This document shows, in pieces, positions 1 to 8,838 of a DNA stretch of 38,269 bases; the first letter of the stretch is position 1, and each line of letters starts with the position of its first letter. The notes beneath the pieces are model-generated. The model was not told the DNA's origin and did not search any database. It saw nothing but the letters and a program-made list of their open reading frames with translations. This stretch comes from an uncultured Propylenella sp. (GTDB lineage: Bacteria; Pseudomonadota; Alphaproteobacteria; Rhizobiales; Afifellaceae): assembly GCA_964487455.1 (NCBI GenBank), contig CAZARE010000145.1, forward strand, positions 1 through 38,269, read 5' to 3'. The position numbers were made by a program, and so were the translations under genes.

Positions 1-2432
1 GCCTGGTTCAGGATGGCGGCGGTCTCCACCATTTCGACCATAAAAGTTGATCGCCCGCGCGCCAGATCGTCGGCGGCGCCGACGCGGGAGAAGAGCGCGT
101 CCACCACGCCGATATGGGCTGAGCGCGCCGGCACGAACGAGCCTGCCTGCGCCAGGATCGCGATCAGCGCGTTCTGGCGGAGGAACGTCGACTTCCCCGC
201 CATATTCGGCCCGGTCAGCAGCCAGATGCGCCCGGGTTCGGCTTCGCCACTTGCCGCGGCGCTTGAACCCTCTCCCCGGGAGGGAGAGGGGGCCCCTTTT
301 GCTTGCGAAAGGGACGGGAGCGGGGCCGCTGCGCGACCGGCCTCGGCGCCTGAACGAAGGGCAGCGCTGCGATCGGGCGGCGGCAGCAGATCGTCGACCT
401 CCCCCTCTCCCGGTCGGCTCCGGCGACCACCCTCCCCCTCAAGGGGGGAGAGTTCGCGGGTTCCGCCCAGATCACAATCGTTCCCGACGAAGCTCTGGCC
501 GTCGGCGCGCAGCGCCTGCTCGACCACGGCATGCCGCCCGGCCTCGATCCGGAACGCCAGGCTGGTGTCGACCTTCGGCCGCACGTAGTCTTCCGCGGCC
601 GAGAGCTCCGCCAGCGCCGTCGCCACGTCGATCTCGGCGAGCGCCTCAGCCGCGGCGCGGATCGCCTTCTCCTCCGCCGCGATCCGGGCGGCGAGGTCGT
701 CGAACACGCCGAGCTCGATGGCGCGCGCCCGCTCCGCGGCACTGGCGATCTTCTCCTCAAGCTCCGCCAGCTCCGTCGTGGTGAAGCGCATGGCGTTCGC
801 CATGGTCTGCCGATGGATGAATTTCTGATCGCCGCCGTTTGCCTGCTGCGCCCCGCTCATCAGCGATTGCGCCTGGCCGGTGGTTACTTCCACGAAATAG
901 CCAAGCACGTTGTTGTGCCGGATCTTGAGCGCGCGGACGCCGGTCGCCTCGGCGTAGCGCGCCTGCAGCGAGGCGATGACGCGCCGGCTCTCGTCGCGGA
1001 GCCGCCGCGCCTCGTCGAGCGCGGGCTCGTAGCCGGTGCGCACGAAGCCGCCGTCGCGCTTCAGAAGCGGTAGATCGTCGGCCAGCGCGCCGGCGAGCGT
1101 CGCCGCCAAGTGCGGCGGCACTTGGCCCAGGCGGACGCCAAGTCGGAGGGCCGGGGGAGCCACCGCACGGTCTCCGCCATGTGGGCCGCTCACCTGGTCC
1201 ACCGTGTTTTGCAACTTGTGGTAAATAGTATGTGAACGCTCGGCGCCGGCGCGGATCGTGTCGAGGTCGCGCGGCCCGCCGCGTTCGAGCGCCAGCCGCG
1301 ACAGCGCCCTCAGCATGTCCGGCACGGCGGAGAGCTCGGCGCGGATGGCGGCGCGAAGCTTCGCGCGCTCCAGGAAAAACTCCACGAGATCAAGGCGTTC
1401 GGCGATCGCCGCCGGATCGGTCAGAGGGTTCGCGAGGCGCTCGGCGAGGAGCCGGGAGCCGGCCGCCGTCTCGGTCCGGTCGATGGCGGCGATCAGGCTT
1501 CCGGCGCGGCCGCCGGAGATCGCCCTGAAGAGCTCCAGATTGGCCCGCGTCGCCGCGTCGATTCGCATGGAATCTCTGTCGCTTAGCCGCTTCGGGGGCT
1601 CGATCGGCGGACGCCTGGCGATCTGCGTCTTGTCGATATAGGCGATGAGCGCCCCAGCGGCCGACAGCTCCGCGCGGGAGAAATTCCCGAAGGCGTCCAT
1701 GGTCTTGACGCCGAAGAGCGCGGCGAGCCGCGATTCCGCCTGAGCGGCGTCGAAGAAGGCGGCGGGAAGCGGCGTCAGCGCCGCCTCTATCATGTTGAGC
1801 GCGCTTCGGATCTCGTCGTCGTGCGCCAGCCGCTCGGGAGCGAGCACCTCGCGCGGCTCGATGCGCGCCAGCATCGCCGAGAGCCCGTTCGGGCCGCATT
1901 CTGAGACGCGGAACGCGCCCGTCGAGATGTCCGCCCAGGCGAGCGCGTGCCGGGCGCCCCCGTCGCTTCCGGCGGTGCGCGTCAGCGCCGCCAAGTAGTT
2001 GTTGCGATTGGACTCTAGGAGCCCCTCCTCGGTGATGGTGCCGGGGGTTACGAGGCGCGTCACCGCGCGGCGGACGACCGACTTCGGGCCGCGCCGCTTG
2101 GCCTCCCTGGGGTCCTCCGTCTGCTCGCAGACCGCGACGCGGTGGCCGAGCGCGATCAACTTCTGCAGGTAGTCGTCCGCCGCGTGCACCGGGACCCCGC
2201 ACATGGGGATCTCCTCGCCCAGGTGGCGGCCCCTCTTGGTGAGCGCGATGCCGAGCGCGCGCGAGGCCGTCGCCGCATCCTCAAAGAACAGCTCGTAGAA
2301 ATCCCCCATGCGATAGAAGAGCAGGCAATCCGGATTGGCAGCCCTAATCTCGATATATTGCTGCATCATGGGCGTGACGTGCCCCGACGCAGGGTCACGC
2401 GGTTCGCCGTCGGGGGGCCCGCTTCTGTTCAT
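1..2432 (-). CDS. mutS: DNA mismatch repair protein MutS, missing its C-terminus at the window edge
   Basis: My own minus-strand translation starts at ATG 2432 and reads [53 protein letters not shown]. It runs in one frame with no stop through FVGNDCDL, then [27 protein letters not shown] (Walker A, about 190-227) and [17 protein letters not shown] at the edge. The ORF track omits it because it has no stop inside the window. Confidence 0.9.
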   Translation of the reverse strand, partial: MNRSGPPDGEPRDPASGHVTPMMQQYIEIRAANPDCLLFYRMGDFYELFFEDAATASRALGIALTKRGRHLGEEIPMCGVPVHAADDYLQKLIALGHRVAVCEQTEDPREAKRRGPKSVVRRAVTRLVTPGTITEEGLLESNRNNYLAALTRTAGSDGGARHALAWADISTGAFRVSECGPNGLSAMLARIEPREVLAPERLAHDDEIRSALNMIEAALTPLPAAFFDAAQAESRLAALFGVKTMDAFGNFSRAELSAAGALIAYIDKTQIARRPPIEPPKRLSDRDSMRIDAATRANLELFRAISGGRAGSLIAAIDRTETAAGSRLLAERLANPLTDPAAIAERLDLVEFFLERAKLRAAIRAELSAVPDMLRALSRLALERGGPRDLDTIRAGAERSHTIYHKLQNTVDQVSGPHGGDRAVAPPALRLGVRLGQVPPHLAATLAGALADDLPLLKRDGGFVRTGYEPALDEARRLRDESRRVIASLQARYAEATGVRALKIRHNNVLGYFVEVTTGQAQSLMSGAQQANGGDQKFIHRQTMANAMRFTTTELAELEEKIASAAERARAIELGVFDDLAARIAAEEKAIRAAAEALAEIDVATALAELSAAEDYVRPKVDTSLAFRIEAGRHAVVEQALRADGQSFVGNDCDLGGTRELSPLEGEGGRRSRPGEGEVDDLLPPPDRSAALRSGAEAGRAAAPLPSLSQAKGAPSPSRGEGSSAAASGEAEPGRIWLLTGPNMAGKSTFLRQNALIAILAQAGSFVPARSAHIGVVDALFSRVGAADDLARGRSTFMVEMVETAAILNQ
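228..467 (-). repeat. In-frame low-complexity linker inside mutS, built from G/C-rich hairpin repeats
   Basis: Eighty codons separate DCDL from IWLLTGPNM. Hairpin 1 is ccctctccc(268-276)/gggagaggg(282-290). Hairpin 2 is ctccccc(432-438)/gggggag(444-450). A third C-rich tract, cctccccctctccc, lies at 398-411. The peptide repeats are [15 protein letters not shown] and SPSRGEGS. Confidence 0.6.
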
Positions 2433-2570
2433 AGCAGCGAGGCTAGCAGAGGCGGCGGGCAGCGGGCCAGAAGAGCCTCGCCGCCTCCTGCCGTGCGTGC
2501 AGGCCGAGGGCGCCGCTTGCTCCCTGCGACGCCGCCCTGCTAGTGCGGGTGGAAATCTGGAGATCAAGCC

Positions 2571-3530
2571 ATGGACACGGAAGCGATCCTGGAACGCCGG
2601 CGTCTCAGAAGGCGGGCGAGCTTCTGGCGCGTCTCAGCCATCGTGATCCTCGCCGCGGCCGTCGCGGCGGTGGCCTTCTCGGTGTGGGATGTGAAGGGGG
2701 CGGAGGGTAGGGGCCATGTTGCCGAGATCAAGATCGATGGCTTTATCCCCACCCGGCCCGCGGCGGTCGAGCTGATCGAGAAAGCAGCGGAGGCAAGCTC
2801 CGCCAAGGCCATTTTGCTGCACATCAATTCCGGCGGCGGCGCCGCGAGCGGCGGGGAGGCTCTCTACCGCGCCATCCGCCTCGCTTCGGAAAAGAAGCCG
2901 GTGGTTGCGCTCATCGACGGCGTTGGGGCTTCGGCTGCCTACATGGCTGCCATCGCCGCCGATCGGGTGGTGGCGCGGGAGACCGCCATCACCGGCTCAA
3001 TCGGCGTCATCTTCCAGTACGCGCATTTCGAGGAGCTGCTCCAGAAGATCGGGGCCGAATACGAGGAGATCAAGAGCGCGCCGCTGAAGGGCGAGCCATC
3101 GATCTTCAGGGAGCCGGATCCGGCGGCCGAGGCCATGGTCAAGTCGGTGGTCGACGATACCTACGAGTGGTTTGTAGGATTGGTCGCTGAGCGCCGAAAC
3201 TTGCCCTCCGCCGCGGCCCTCCGGCTCGCCGACGGCCGCATCTTCACTGGCCGTCAGGCGCTTGAGCACTCACTTATCGACGCGGTCGGGGGAGTTCAGG
3301 AGGCGCGCGCCTGGCTGGCCTCCAGCAAAGGGATTTCCGAAGATCTGCCGAAGCGCGAATGGAAGAACGACCAGCCGCTCCTGTCGGTGTTTTCCGCCGA
3401 CGCGATTGCGGCGTTCGCCAGGCTGATCGGCCTCGATCTGGGCTCCGTGCCGATTTTGCCGCAAAGGCTTGTAGTTGACGGACTTTTGTCGGTTTGGCAG
3501 GCTCCGGCGATCGGGCGATCCGATCGCTAG
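2571..3530 (+). CDS. sppA: Signal peptide peptidase SppA, 36K type
   Basis: 319 aa with an N-terminal TM segment ([16 protein letters not shown]). It carries [22 protein letters not shown] and [32 protein letters not shown], typical of the S49 peptidase family. A GGAGA SD lies about 7 nt upstream of the ATG. Confidence 0.85.
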   Translation: MDTEAILERRRLRRRASFWRVSAIVILAAAVAAVAFSVWDVKGAEGRGHVAEIKIDGFIPTRPAAVELIEKAAEASSAKAILLHINSGGGAASGGEALYRAIRLASEKKPVVALIDGVGASAAYMAAIAADRVVARETAITGSIGVIFQYAHFEELLQKIGAEYEEIKSAPLKGEPSIFREPDPAAEAMVKSVVDDTYEWFVGLVAERRNLPSAAALRLADGRIFTGRQALEHSLIDAVGGVQEARAWLASSKGISEDLPKREWKNDQPLLSVFSADAIAAFARLIGLDLGSVPILPQRLVVDGLLSVWQAPAIGRSDR

Positions 3531-3541
3531 GGGGGCCGGCG

Positions 3542-3826
3542 GTGATCAAATCGGAGCTCATTGAGCGGATTGCGCAACGCAATCCGCATCTCTACCAGCG
3601 CGATGTGGAGCACATCGTCAACGCGATTCTTGAGGAGATCGTGGCGGCGCTTGCGCGCGGCGACAGGGTCGAGTTGCGCGGCTTCGGGGCATTCTCCGTA
3701 AAGAACCGGCCGGCGCGCATGGGGCGGAATCCCCGGACCGGCGAGCAAGTCGTCGTGTCGGAGAAGTACGTGCCTTTCTTCAAGACAGGGAAGGACATGC
3801 GCGAACGCCTCAACGCCGGAGGCTGA
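3542..3826 (+). CDS. ihfB: Integration host factor beta subunit
   Basis: A GTG at 3542 in the frame of ORF 3494..3826 gives (M)[69 protein letters not shown], the HU/IHF fold with an IHF-beta-like N-terminus. Confidence 0.9.
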   Translation: MIKSELIERIAQRNPHLYQRDVEHIVNAILEEIVAALARGDRVELRGFGAFSVKNRPARMGRNPRTGEQVVVSEKYVPFFKTGKDMRERLNAGG

Positions 3827-3827
3827 G

Positions 3828-4190
3828 TTGCTTGGCACGCTCGGCACGATTCTGAAATGGGCGATATTGCTGCCTGTGCTGATCGCTGTCCTGCTGCTTG
3901 CCGTCGCCAACGACCAGACCGTGACCGTTCACCTCAATCCCTTCGACACGGACGATCCTGTGCTCAGGCTCGATCTTGCGCTATATCAGATCGCCTTCTT
4001 CGTTTTCGCGCTTGGCACGCTAGTGGGAGCGCTCGTCGCCTGGCGTAGCCAGCGCAAACATTGGCGGCGCGCCCGCGAGCGAGGACGGGATGCGGCGCTC
4101 TGGCAGGCGCGCGCCGAGTGGTCAGAGCGGACGGCCAAGGAGGGGCCGTCGCAATCCACCGGCTTGCTTCCGCGTCCGGAGCGTGGCTAG
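3828..4190 (+). CDS. LapA/DUF1049-like inner membrane protein
   Basis: 120 aa with two TM helices (WAILLPVLIAVLLLAV and IAFFVFALGTLVGALVAW). The TTG start lies 1 nt after the ihfB stop and 5 nt after a GGAGG. Position directly downstream of ihfB is typical for this family. Confidence 0.6.
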   Translation: MLGTLGTILKWAILLPVLIAVLLLAVANDQTVTVHLNPFDTDDPVLRLDLALYQIAFFVFALGTLVGALVAWRSQRKHWRRARERGRDAALWQARAEWSERTAKEGPSQSTGLLPRPERG

Positions 4191-4202
4191 GCGCATGGCG
4201 CA

Positions 4203-5171
4203 ATGCGTGTCGTCACGGCCAACGATCTTGCGCGCATCTTCACTTTTCCGACGCTGATTGAGGCGCTCCGGCGCGCCTTCCAGAGTGAGATGGTCATTCC
4301 GGTGCGCCATCATCACACGATGGCGCGCCCGGGGAAGGCCGACGCGACGCTGCTTCTCATGCCTGCGTGGACCAACGGCGCGAAAAACGGCGAATGCTAT
4401 GTCGGGGTGAAGATTGCCACGGTCTATCCCGACAATGCCACCCGCGGCCTGCCAAGCGTCTCGGCAAGTTACGTCCTGATGGCCGGCCAGACCGGCGAGC
4501 CGCTTGCCCTGATCGACGGAAGCGCGCTGACCCTTTGGCGTACGGCCGCCGCCTCGGCTCTCGCCGCTTCCTATCTGGCGCGCCAGGATGCAAGCCGCCT
4601 CGTCATGGTCGGCGCCGGCGCGCTCGCGCCCTATCTCATCGAGGCGCATGCGAGTGTCCGCGCCATCGAACGGGTCGCGATCTGGAACCGTACTCCAGGC
4701 CGGGCCGGGAAGCTTGCCGCCAGCTTCGCGGGGCGTCCCTTCGCCGTAGAGGCGGTGGCGAATCTCGAGCCGGCGGTCCGCGCCGCCGACCTCGTCTCTT
4801 CGGCCACCCTGGCACGCGAGCCGCTGGTGAAAGGCGAGTGGCTGAAGCCCGGCGCACACCTTGATCTGGTCGGCGCCTTTACGCCCACAATGCGCGAGAG
4901 CGACGACGCGGCCATCGCTCGGGCCAGCGTCTATGTCGACACGCACGCGGGCGCGCTAAAGGAAGCAGGCGACATCGTTCATGCCATCAAAGCTGGTGTC
5001 ATCGGAGAGCACGACTTACGCGGGGATTTGTTCGATCTCTGCCGCGGCGAGGTCGCCGGCCGACGATCGGCGGAGGAGATCACCCTCTTCAAGTCGACCG
5101 GGACTGCGCTTGAGGACTTGGCAGCGGCGTCGCTGGCGATTGCCGGCGAGCTTGCCTCGCCGGACGAGTGA
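4203..5171 (+). CDS. Ornithine cyclodeaminase / mu-crystallin family protein
   Basis: 322 aa. Contains LTLWRTAAASALAASYLAR and a Rossmann-like segment LVMVGAGALAPYLIEAH. Overall layout matches the OCD/mu-crystallin family. Confidence 0.8.
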   Translation: MRVVTANDLARIFTFPTLIEALRRAFQSEMVIPVRHHHTMARPGKADATLLLMPAWTNGAKNGECYVGVKIATVYPDNATRGLPSVSASYVLMAGQTGEPLALIDGSALTLWRTAAASALAASYLARQDASRLVMVGAGALAPYLIEAHASVRAIERVAIWNRTPGRAGKLAASFAGRPFAVEAVANLEPAVRAADLVSSATLAREPLVKGEWLKPGAHLDLVGAFTPTMRESDDAAIARASVYVDTHAGALKEAGDIVHAIKAGVIGEHDLRGDLFDLCRGEVAGRRSAEEITLFKSTGTALEDLAAASLAIAGELASPDE

Positions 5172-5238
5172 GGCGGTAACCGATGGGTTGGCAGCGCCTG
5201 CGGTTTCTTGCGACATTCCAGGCGAGAGGAGGCGCATC

Positions 5239-5748
5239 ATGACGAGGCTCATCCGTTCGCTGACGCCGCTCGGCCTGATCTTGGTCCTTGCGGTGGCGCT
5301 TTCGGCCTGTCGTACCGCAGGGGAGAAATCCAACTACGATCCGGCAGCGCACCAAAGTGCGGTGGCCATGAAATCGCAGACGCTCTCATTGATGGCGAGG
5401 TCGGGCGAAACGTTTTCGCGACTCGGTCCGGAAGTCGAGGCCGTCAATGCCGGGCTGGAGGAGGCTCATCGGCTGGCGGCGGCCGCGCCCGACAACGAGA
5501 TAGTCGCCGCCGAGTGGGCGGCGATGAAGGACCCGGGGCACGATCTTTATGGCGGGTTCGTCAGGCGCTGGCAGGCAAGCGGCACGCTCAATCAGGCGAC
5601 GCGCGACGCCGCGATGGACCGCGTGTCGGCGCGCTTCAACTACCTCCTCTGCCTGGAGGCGGCGAAGAAGTCCACCAGAGGCGGGATCTGCACGCCGCCG
5701 GGCGCGGCGGAGCCCGAAGCGTCCGAGCCGGCTGCCGCATCCGGCTGA
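5239..5748 (+). CDS. Hypothetical lipoprotein
   Basis: An internal ATG at 5239, in frame with ORF 4981..5748, is preceded by GAGAGGAGG. The signal peptide [24 protein letters not shown] carries a lipobox (LSAC). I do not recognise the family. Confidence 0.55.
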   Translation: MTRLIRSLTPLGLILVLAVALSACRTAGEKSNYDPAAHQSAVAMKSQTLSLMARSGETFSRLGPEVEAVNAGLEEAHRLAAAAPDNEIVAAEWAAMKDPGHDLYGGFVRRWQASGTLNQATRDAAMDRVSARFNYLLCLEAAKKSTRGGICTPPGAAEPEASEPAAASG

Positions 5749-5853
5749 ATAGACGGCCGGAGCGGGCTCGGAACAAAACGGCCCCGACCCGCCGCGTGCG
5801 CCGTTGGATTCGCAAGAACGGGGAATTTCCCGTTCGAACCGCGGAATTCCTGC

Positions 5854-5882
5854 TTGAATTCCGTGCCCTCGCGGCCTATATC
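5854..5882 (+). promoter_or_regulatory. Predicted sigma70-type promoter upstream of rimP
   Basis: TTGAAT (5854-5859), a 17 nt spacer, then TATATC (5877-5882). GGAAT(T)TCC-like repeats lie at 5822-5830, 5843-5850 and 5856-5862. Confidence 0.4.
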
Positions 5883-5911
5883 GGCGGCAACACATCTCGA
5901 GTTGAAATCGA

Positions 5912-5945
5912 GAGTGGGTCCCCCGGGGCCCGCTCTTTTTTGTTG
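5912..5945 (+). terminator. Intrinsic terminator or attenuator in the rimP-nusA-infB leader
   Basis: A 10-bp stem pairs gagtgggtcc (5912-5921) with gggcccgctc (5926-5935). It includes two G-U pairs and a cccg loop. TTTTTTGTTG (5936-5945) follows. The rimP SD GGAGG is at 5964-5968 and the ATG at 5980. Confidence 0.45.
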
Positions 5946-5979
5946 CCCGAAGCGCGCACGCGCGGAGGCGAGAGGCTGA

Positions 5980-6549
5980 ATGGACGACCGCCGCCTGACG
6001 CGAGAGACCGGGCTGGAGGCCCGCATCGCTCATATCGTCGAGCCGATCGCAAGGGATCTTGGCTTCGAACTGGTGCGCGTGAAGGTCTCCGGTCTCAACG
6101 GCATGACCGTGCAGATCATGGCCGAGCGCCCGGATGGCACAATGACGGTGGAGGATTGCAAGCGTCTCTCGCGGGACGTTTCTCCGGCCTTGGACGTCGC
6201 CGATCCGATCAATCGCGAATACAACCTGGAAGTCTCCTCGCCCGGCATCGACCGCCCGCTCACCCGCCTGAAGGATTTCGAGCTCTGGGCCGGCCACGAG
6301 GCGCGGATCGAGATGGAGCACCCAGTCAATGGCCGCAAGCGTTTCCGTGGCGCGCTCATCGGCGTGAACGAGGGAGCGGCTGGAATTCGGCTTCTCGACG
6401 CGACCGAAGCGGGGGACGTGTGGCTGCCGATCGATGCGATCGCCGAGGCCAAGCTTATGTTGACCGACACACTCATCAAGGCGCCCCACGGCGCTGACGC
6501 TGTCCGGCCGAACGGCTCGGGCGGCTCAAATTCACCTGAACGGAGCTGA
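5980..6549 (+). CDS. rimP: Ribosome maturation factor RimP
   Basis: 189 aa. Contains [18 protein letters not shown] and [14 protein letters not shown]. It lies immediately upstream of nusA. Confidence 0.9.
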   Translation: MDDRRLTRETGLEARIAHIVEPIARDLGFELVRVKVSGLNGMTVQIMAERPDGTMTVEDCKRLSRDVSPALDVADPINREYNLEVSSPGIDRPLTRLKDFELWAGHEARIEMEHPVNGRKRFRGALIGVNEGAAGIRLLDATEAGDVWLPIDAIAEAKLMLTDTLIKAPHGADAVRPNGSGGSNSPERS

Positions 6550-6553
6550 AGCA

Positions 6554-8161
6554 ATGGCTGTCAGTGCAAATAGACTTGAACTTCTGCAGATCGCCGACGC
6601 GGTGGCGCGCGAGAAATCGATCGACCGCAAGATCGTCATCACCGCCATGGAAGACGCCATCCAGAAGGCGGCGAAGTCCCGCTACGGCGCGGAGACCGAC
6701 GTGCGCGCGGAGATCGACGAGAAGACCGGCGATATCCGCCTGCAGCGGCTCCTCGAGGTGGTTGAGACGGTCGAGGAGCCGGCGGCGCAGATCTCGGTGG
6801 AGGATGCGCGTCTCAGGAATCCCGCCGCCCAGGTCGGCGACTACATTTCCGAATCGCTGCCGCCGCTTGAGTACGGCCGCATCGCTGCCCAGTCGGCCAA
6901 GCAGGTCATCATGCAGAAGGTGCGCGAGGCCGAGCGCGACCGCCAGTACGAGGATTACAAGGACCGCATCGGCGAGATCATCAACGGCACGGTGAAACGC
7001 GTCGAATACGGCAACGTCATCGTGGACCTCGGCCGCGGCGAGGCGATCATCCGCCGCGACGAGATGATCCCGCGCGAGACCTTCCGCTATGGGGACCGCG
7101 TGCGCGCCTATGTGTACGATGTGCGCCGCGAGCAGCGCGGCCCGCAGATATTTCTCTCGCGCTCGCATCCGCAGTTCATGGCTAAGCTCTTCACCATGGA
7201 GGTGCCGGAGATCTACGACAGCATCATCGAGATCAAATCGGTGGCGCGCGATCCGGGCTCGAGGGCCAAGATCGCCGTCGTCTCGCGCGATTCCTCCATC
7301 GACCCTGTCGGCGCCTGCGTCGGCATGCGCGGCAGCCGCGTGCAGGCCGTGGTGGGCGAGCTGGCGGGCGAACGCATCGATATCATCCCCTGGTCGCCCG
7401 ACCCCGCTACCTTCATCGTCAATGCGCTGCAGCCCGCCGAGGTCACTAAGGTCGTGCTGGATGAGGATGCGGAGCGAATCGAGGTCGTGGTGCCGGACGA
7501 CCAGCTTTCGCTTGCTATCGGCCGGCGCGGGCAGAACGTTCGCCTCGCCTCGCAGCTCACCGGCTGGGATATCGACATCCTGACGGAGGACGAGGAATCG
7601 GAGCGCCGGCAGAAGGAGTTCCAGGACCGCACTCAGCTATTTGTGGACTCGCTTGATGTCGACGAGATGGTGGCGCAGCTGCTCGCCTCGGAGGGCTTCG
7701 CGACTGTCGAGGACGTCGCCTATGTCGAGCTCGACGAGGTTGCCTCCATCGAAGGCTTCGACGAGGAGACGGCCGAAGAGCTGCAGGCGCGCGCGCGCGA
7801 GCATCTGGAGAAGGTGGAGGCCGCGCATGACGAGGAACGCCGCAAGCTCGGCGTCGCCGACGAGCTGAAAGAAGTTCCCGGCATCACCACCGCGATGATG
7901 GTGGCGCTTGGGAAGGAAGGCATCAAGACGCTTGAAGACCTCGCCTACTGCGCTACCGACGATCTGGTTGGCTGGGTGGAGCGCAAGGACGGCGAGACGC
8001 AGCGTTTCGAGGGCGCGCTTTCCGGCTCCGAGATCTCGCGCCAGGAGGCGGAGGAGATCGTCATGGCCGCGCGGCTAAAGGCGGGTCTGGTGACCGAGGC
8101 AGATTTGGCGCCGGCGGAAGAGGCGCCTGCGGAAGGTGAAGAGGAGGTCGCCGCCGTTTGA
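6554..8161 (+). CDS. nusA: Transcription termination/antitermination factor NusA
   Basis: 535 aa. Starts [29 protein letters not shown]. It has an S1 domain ([16 protein letters not shown]), KH domains ([19 protein letters not shown] and [18 protein letters not shown]) and C-terminal acidic HhH repeats. Confidence 0.95.
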   Translation: MAVSANRLELLQIADAVAREKSIDRKIVITAMEDAIQKAAKSRYGAETDVRAEIDEKTGDIRLQRLLEVVETVEEPAAQISVEDARLRNPAAQVGDYISESLPPLEYGRIAAQSAKQVIMQKVREAERDRQYEDYKDRIGEIINGTVKRVEYGNVIVDLGRGEAIIRRDEMIPRETFRYGDRVRAYVYDVRREQRGPQIFLSRSHPQFMAKLFTMEVPEIYDSIIEIKSVARDPGSRAKIAVVSRDSSIDPVGACVGMRGSRVQAVVGELAGERIDIIPWSPDPATFIVNALQPAEVTKVVLDEDAERIEVVVPDDQLSLAIGRRGQNVRLASQLTGWDIDILTEDEESERRQKEFQDRTQLFVDSLDVDEMVAQLLASEGFATVEDVAYVELDEVASIEGFDEETAEELQARAREHLEKVEAAHDEERRKLGVADELKEVPGITTAMMVALGKEGIKTLEDLAYCATDDLVGWVERKDGETQRFEGALSGSEISRQEAEEIVMAARLKAGLVTEADLAPAEEAPAEGEEEVAAV

Positions 8162-8838
8162 CGGGTGCGCTTGCAGAGACAGGAGCCGACAGCCGGCGCA
8201 AGGGGCGGGCGCGCATGTGTGCGCTTAGCCGCCAGGTGCGGCCGGAGGGGGAGCTTATGCGCTTCGTCGCCGGGCCCGGCGGCTCGGTCGTCCCCGATCT
8301 GAAGGCGAGACTCCCCGGCCGCGGAATCTGGCTTGCCGCGGATCGGGAAACAGTGACACGGGCCATCGGCAAGAACCTCTTCCAGCACGGGCTGAAGCGG
8401 TCTGTCGCCCCAGCCGCCGACCTTGCCGACCAGGTGGCGGCGCTCATGCGCGAGACGGCGCTCGGCCGTCTCGGTCTGGCCCGCCGGGCGGGAGCGGTCG
8501 TCATTGGCTTTGCGAAAGTCGAGGCGGTGATCGCGCGCGAGGCGCTCGCGGCGGTGCTCGCCGCCGCCGACGCGGCGGAGGACGGCGTCCACAAGATGCG
8601 TCAGGCTATGCGGCGGCGCTTCGGCGATCCCGCGCCCGTGCCGGTCATTCGCATCTTCGGGTCGGCCGAATTGGGTTTGGCAATGGGCCGTCCAGATGTG
8701 ATACATGCAGCAGTGCTTCAGAGCCCGGCTGGTAGAAGTTTCGTGGAAGCGGCCATCCGCCTCCGGCGCTATGAGGGCGCGGGCGATGGTCTGTCGCGGG
8801 AAGCAGCGGCCGAGCCGCAGGATTCGATGAATGAGTGA
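8158..8838 (+). CDS. DUF448 (YlxR-like) RNA-binding protein with a C-terminal L7Ae-like extension
   Basis: Contains [41 protein letters not shown], the YlxR signature. It sits between nusA and infB. The TTG at 8158 overlaps the nusA stop, and an ATG at 8215 is an alternative start. Confidence 0.75.
   Translation: MTGALAETGADSRRKGRARMCALSRQVRPEGELMRFVAGPGGSVVPDLKARLPGRGIWLAADRETVTRAIGKNLFQHGLKRSVAPAADLADQVAALMRETALGRLGLARRAGAVVIGFAKVEAVIAREALAAVLAAADAAEDGVHKMRQAMRRRFGDPAPVPVIRIFGSAELGLAMGRPDVIHAAVLQSPAGRSFVEAAIRLRRYEGAGDGLSREAAAEPQDSMNE

Noticed and set aside
13-784. Plus-strand ORFs 13..588 and 47..784, with Arg/Pro/Ser-rich products, and minus-strand ORF 215..760.
   Set aside because: They overlap the mutS coding frame, which reads through cleanly with Walker A and other MutS motifs. 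Their composition is typical of an off-frame translation artefact.
1205-1235. An AT-rich patch inside mutS (gttttgcaacttgtggtaaatagtatgtgaa) that superficially resembles a promoter.
   Set aside because: No -35/-10 pair with proper spacing appears on either strand. The patch stays in the mutS frame ([14 protein letters not shown]) within a variable linker region. It is most likely just divergent coding sequence.
2433-2570. A 9-bp complementary pair (gaggcggcg / cgccgcctc) and a ctagcag/ctgctag pair in the mutS-sppA divergent spacer.
   Set aside because: The loops are long (over 20 nt and about 90 nt) and no U-tract or functional context is present. Complementarity of this kind is common by chance at this G+C content.
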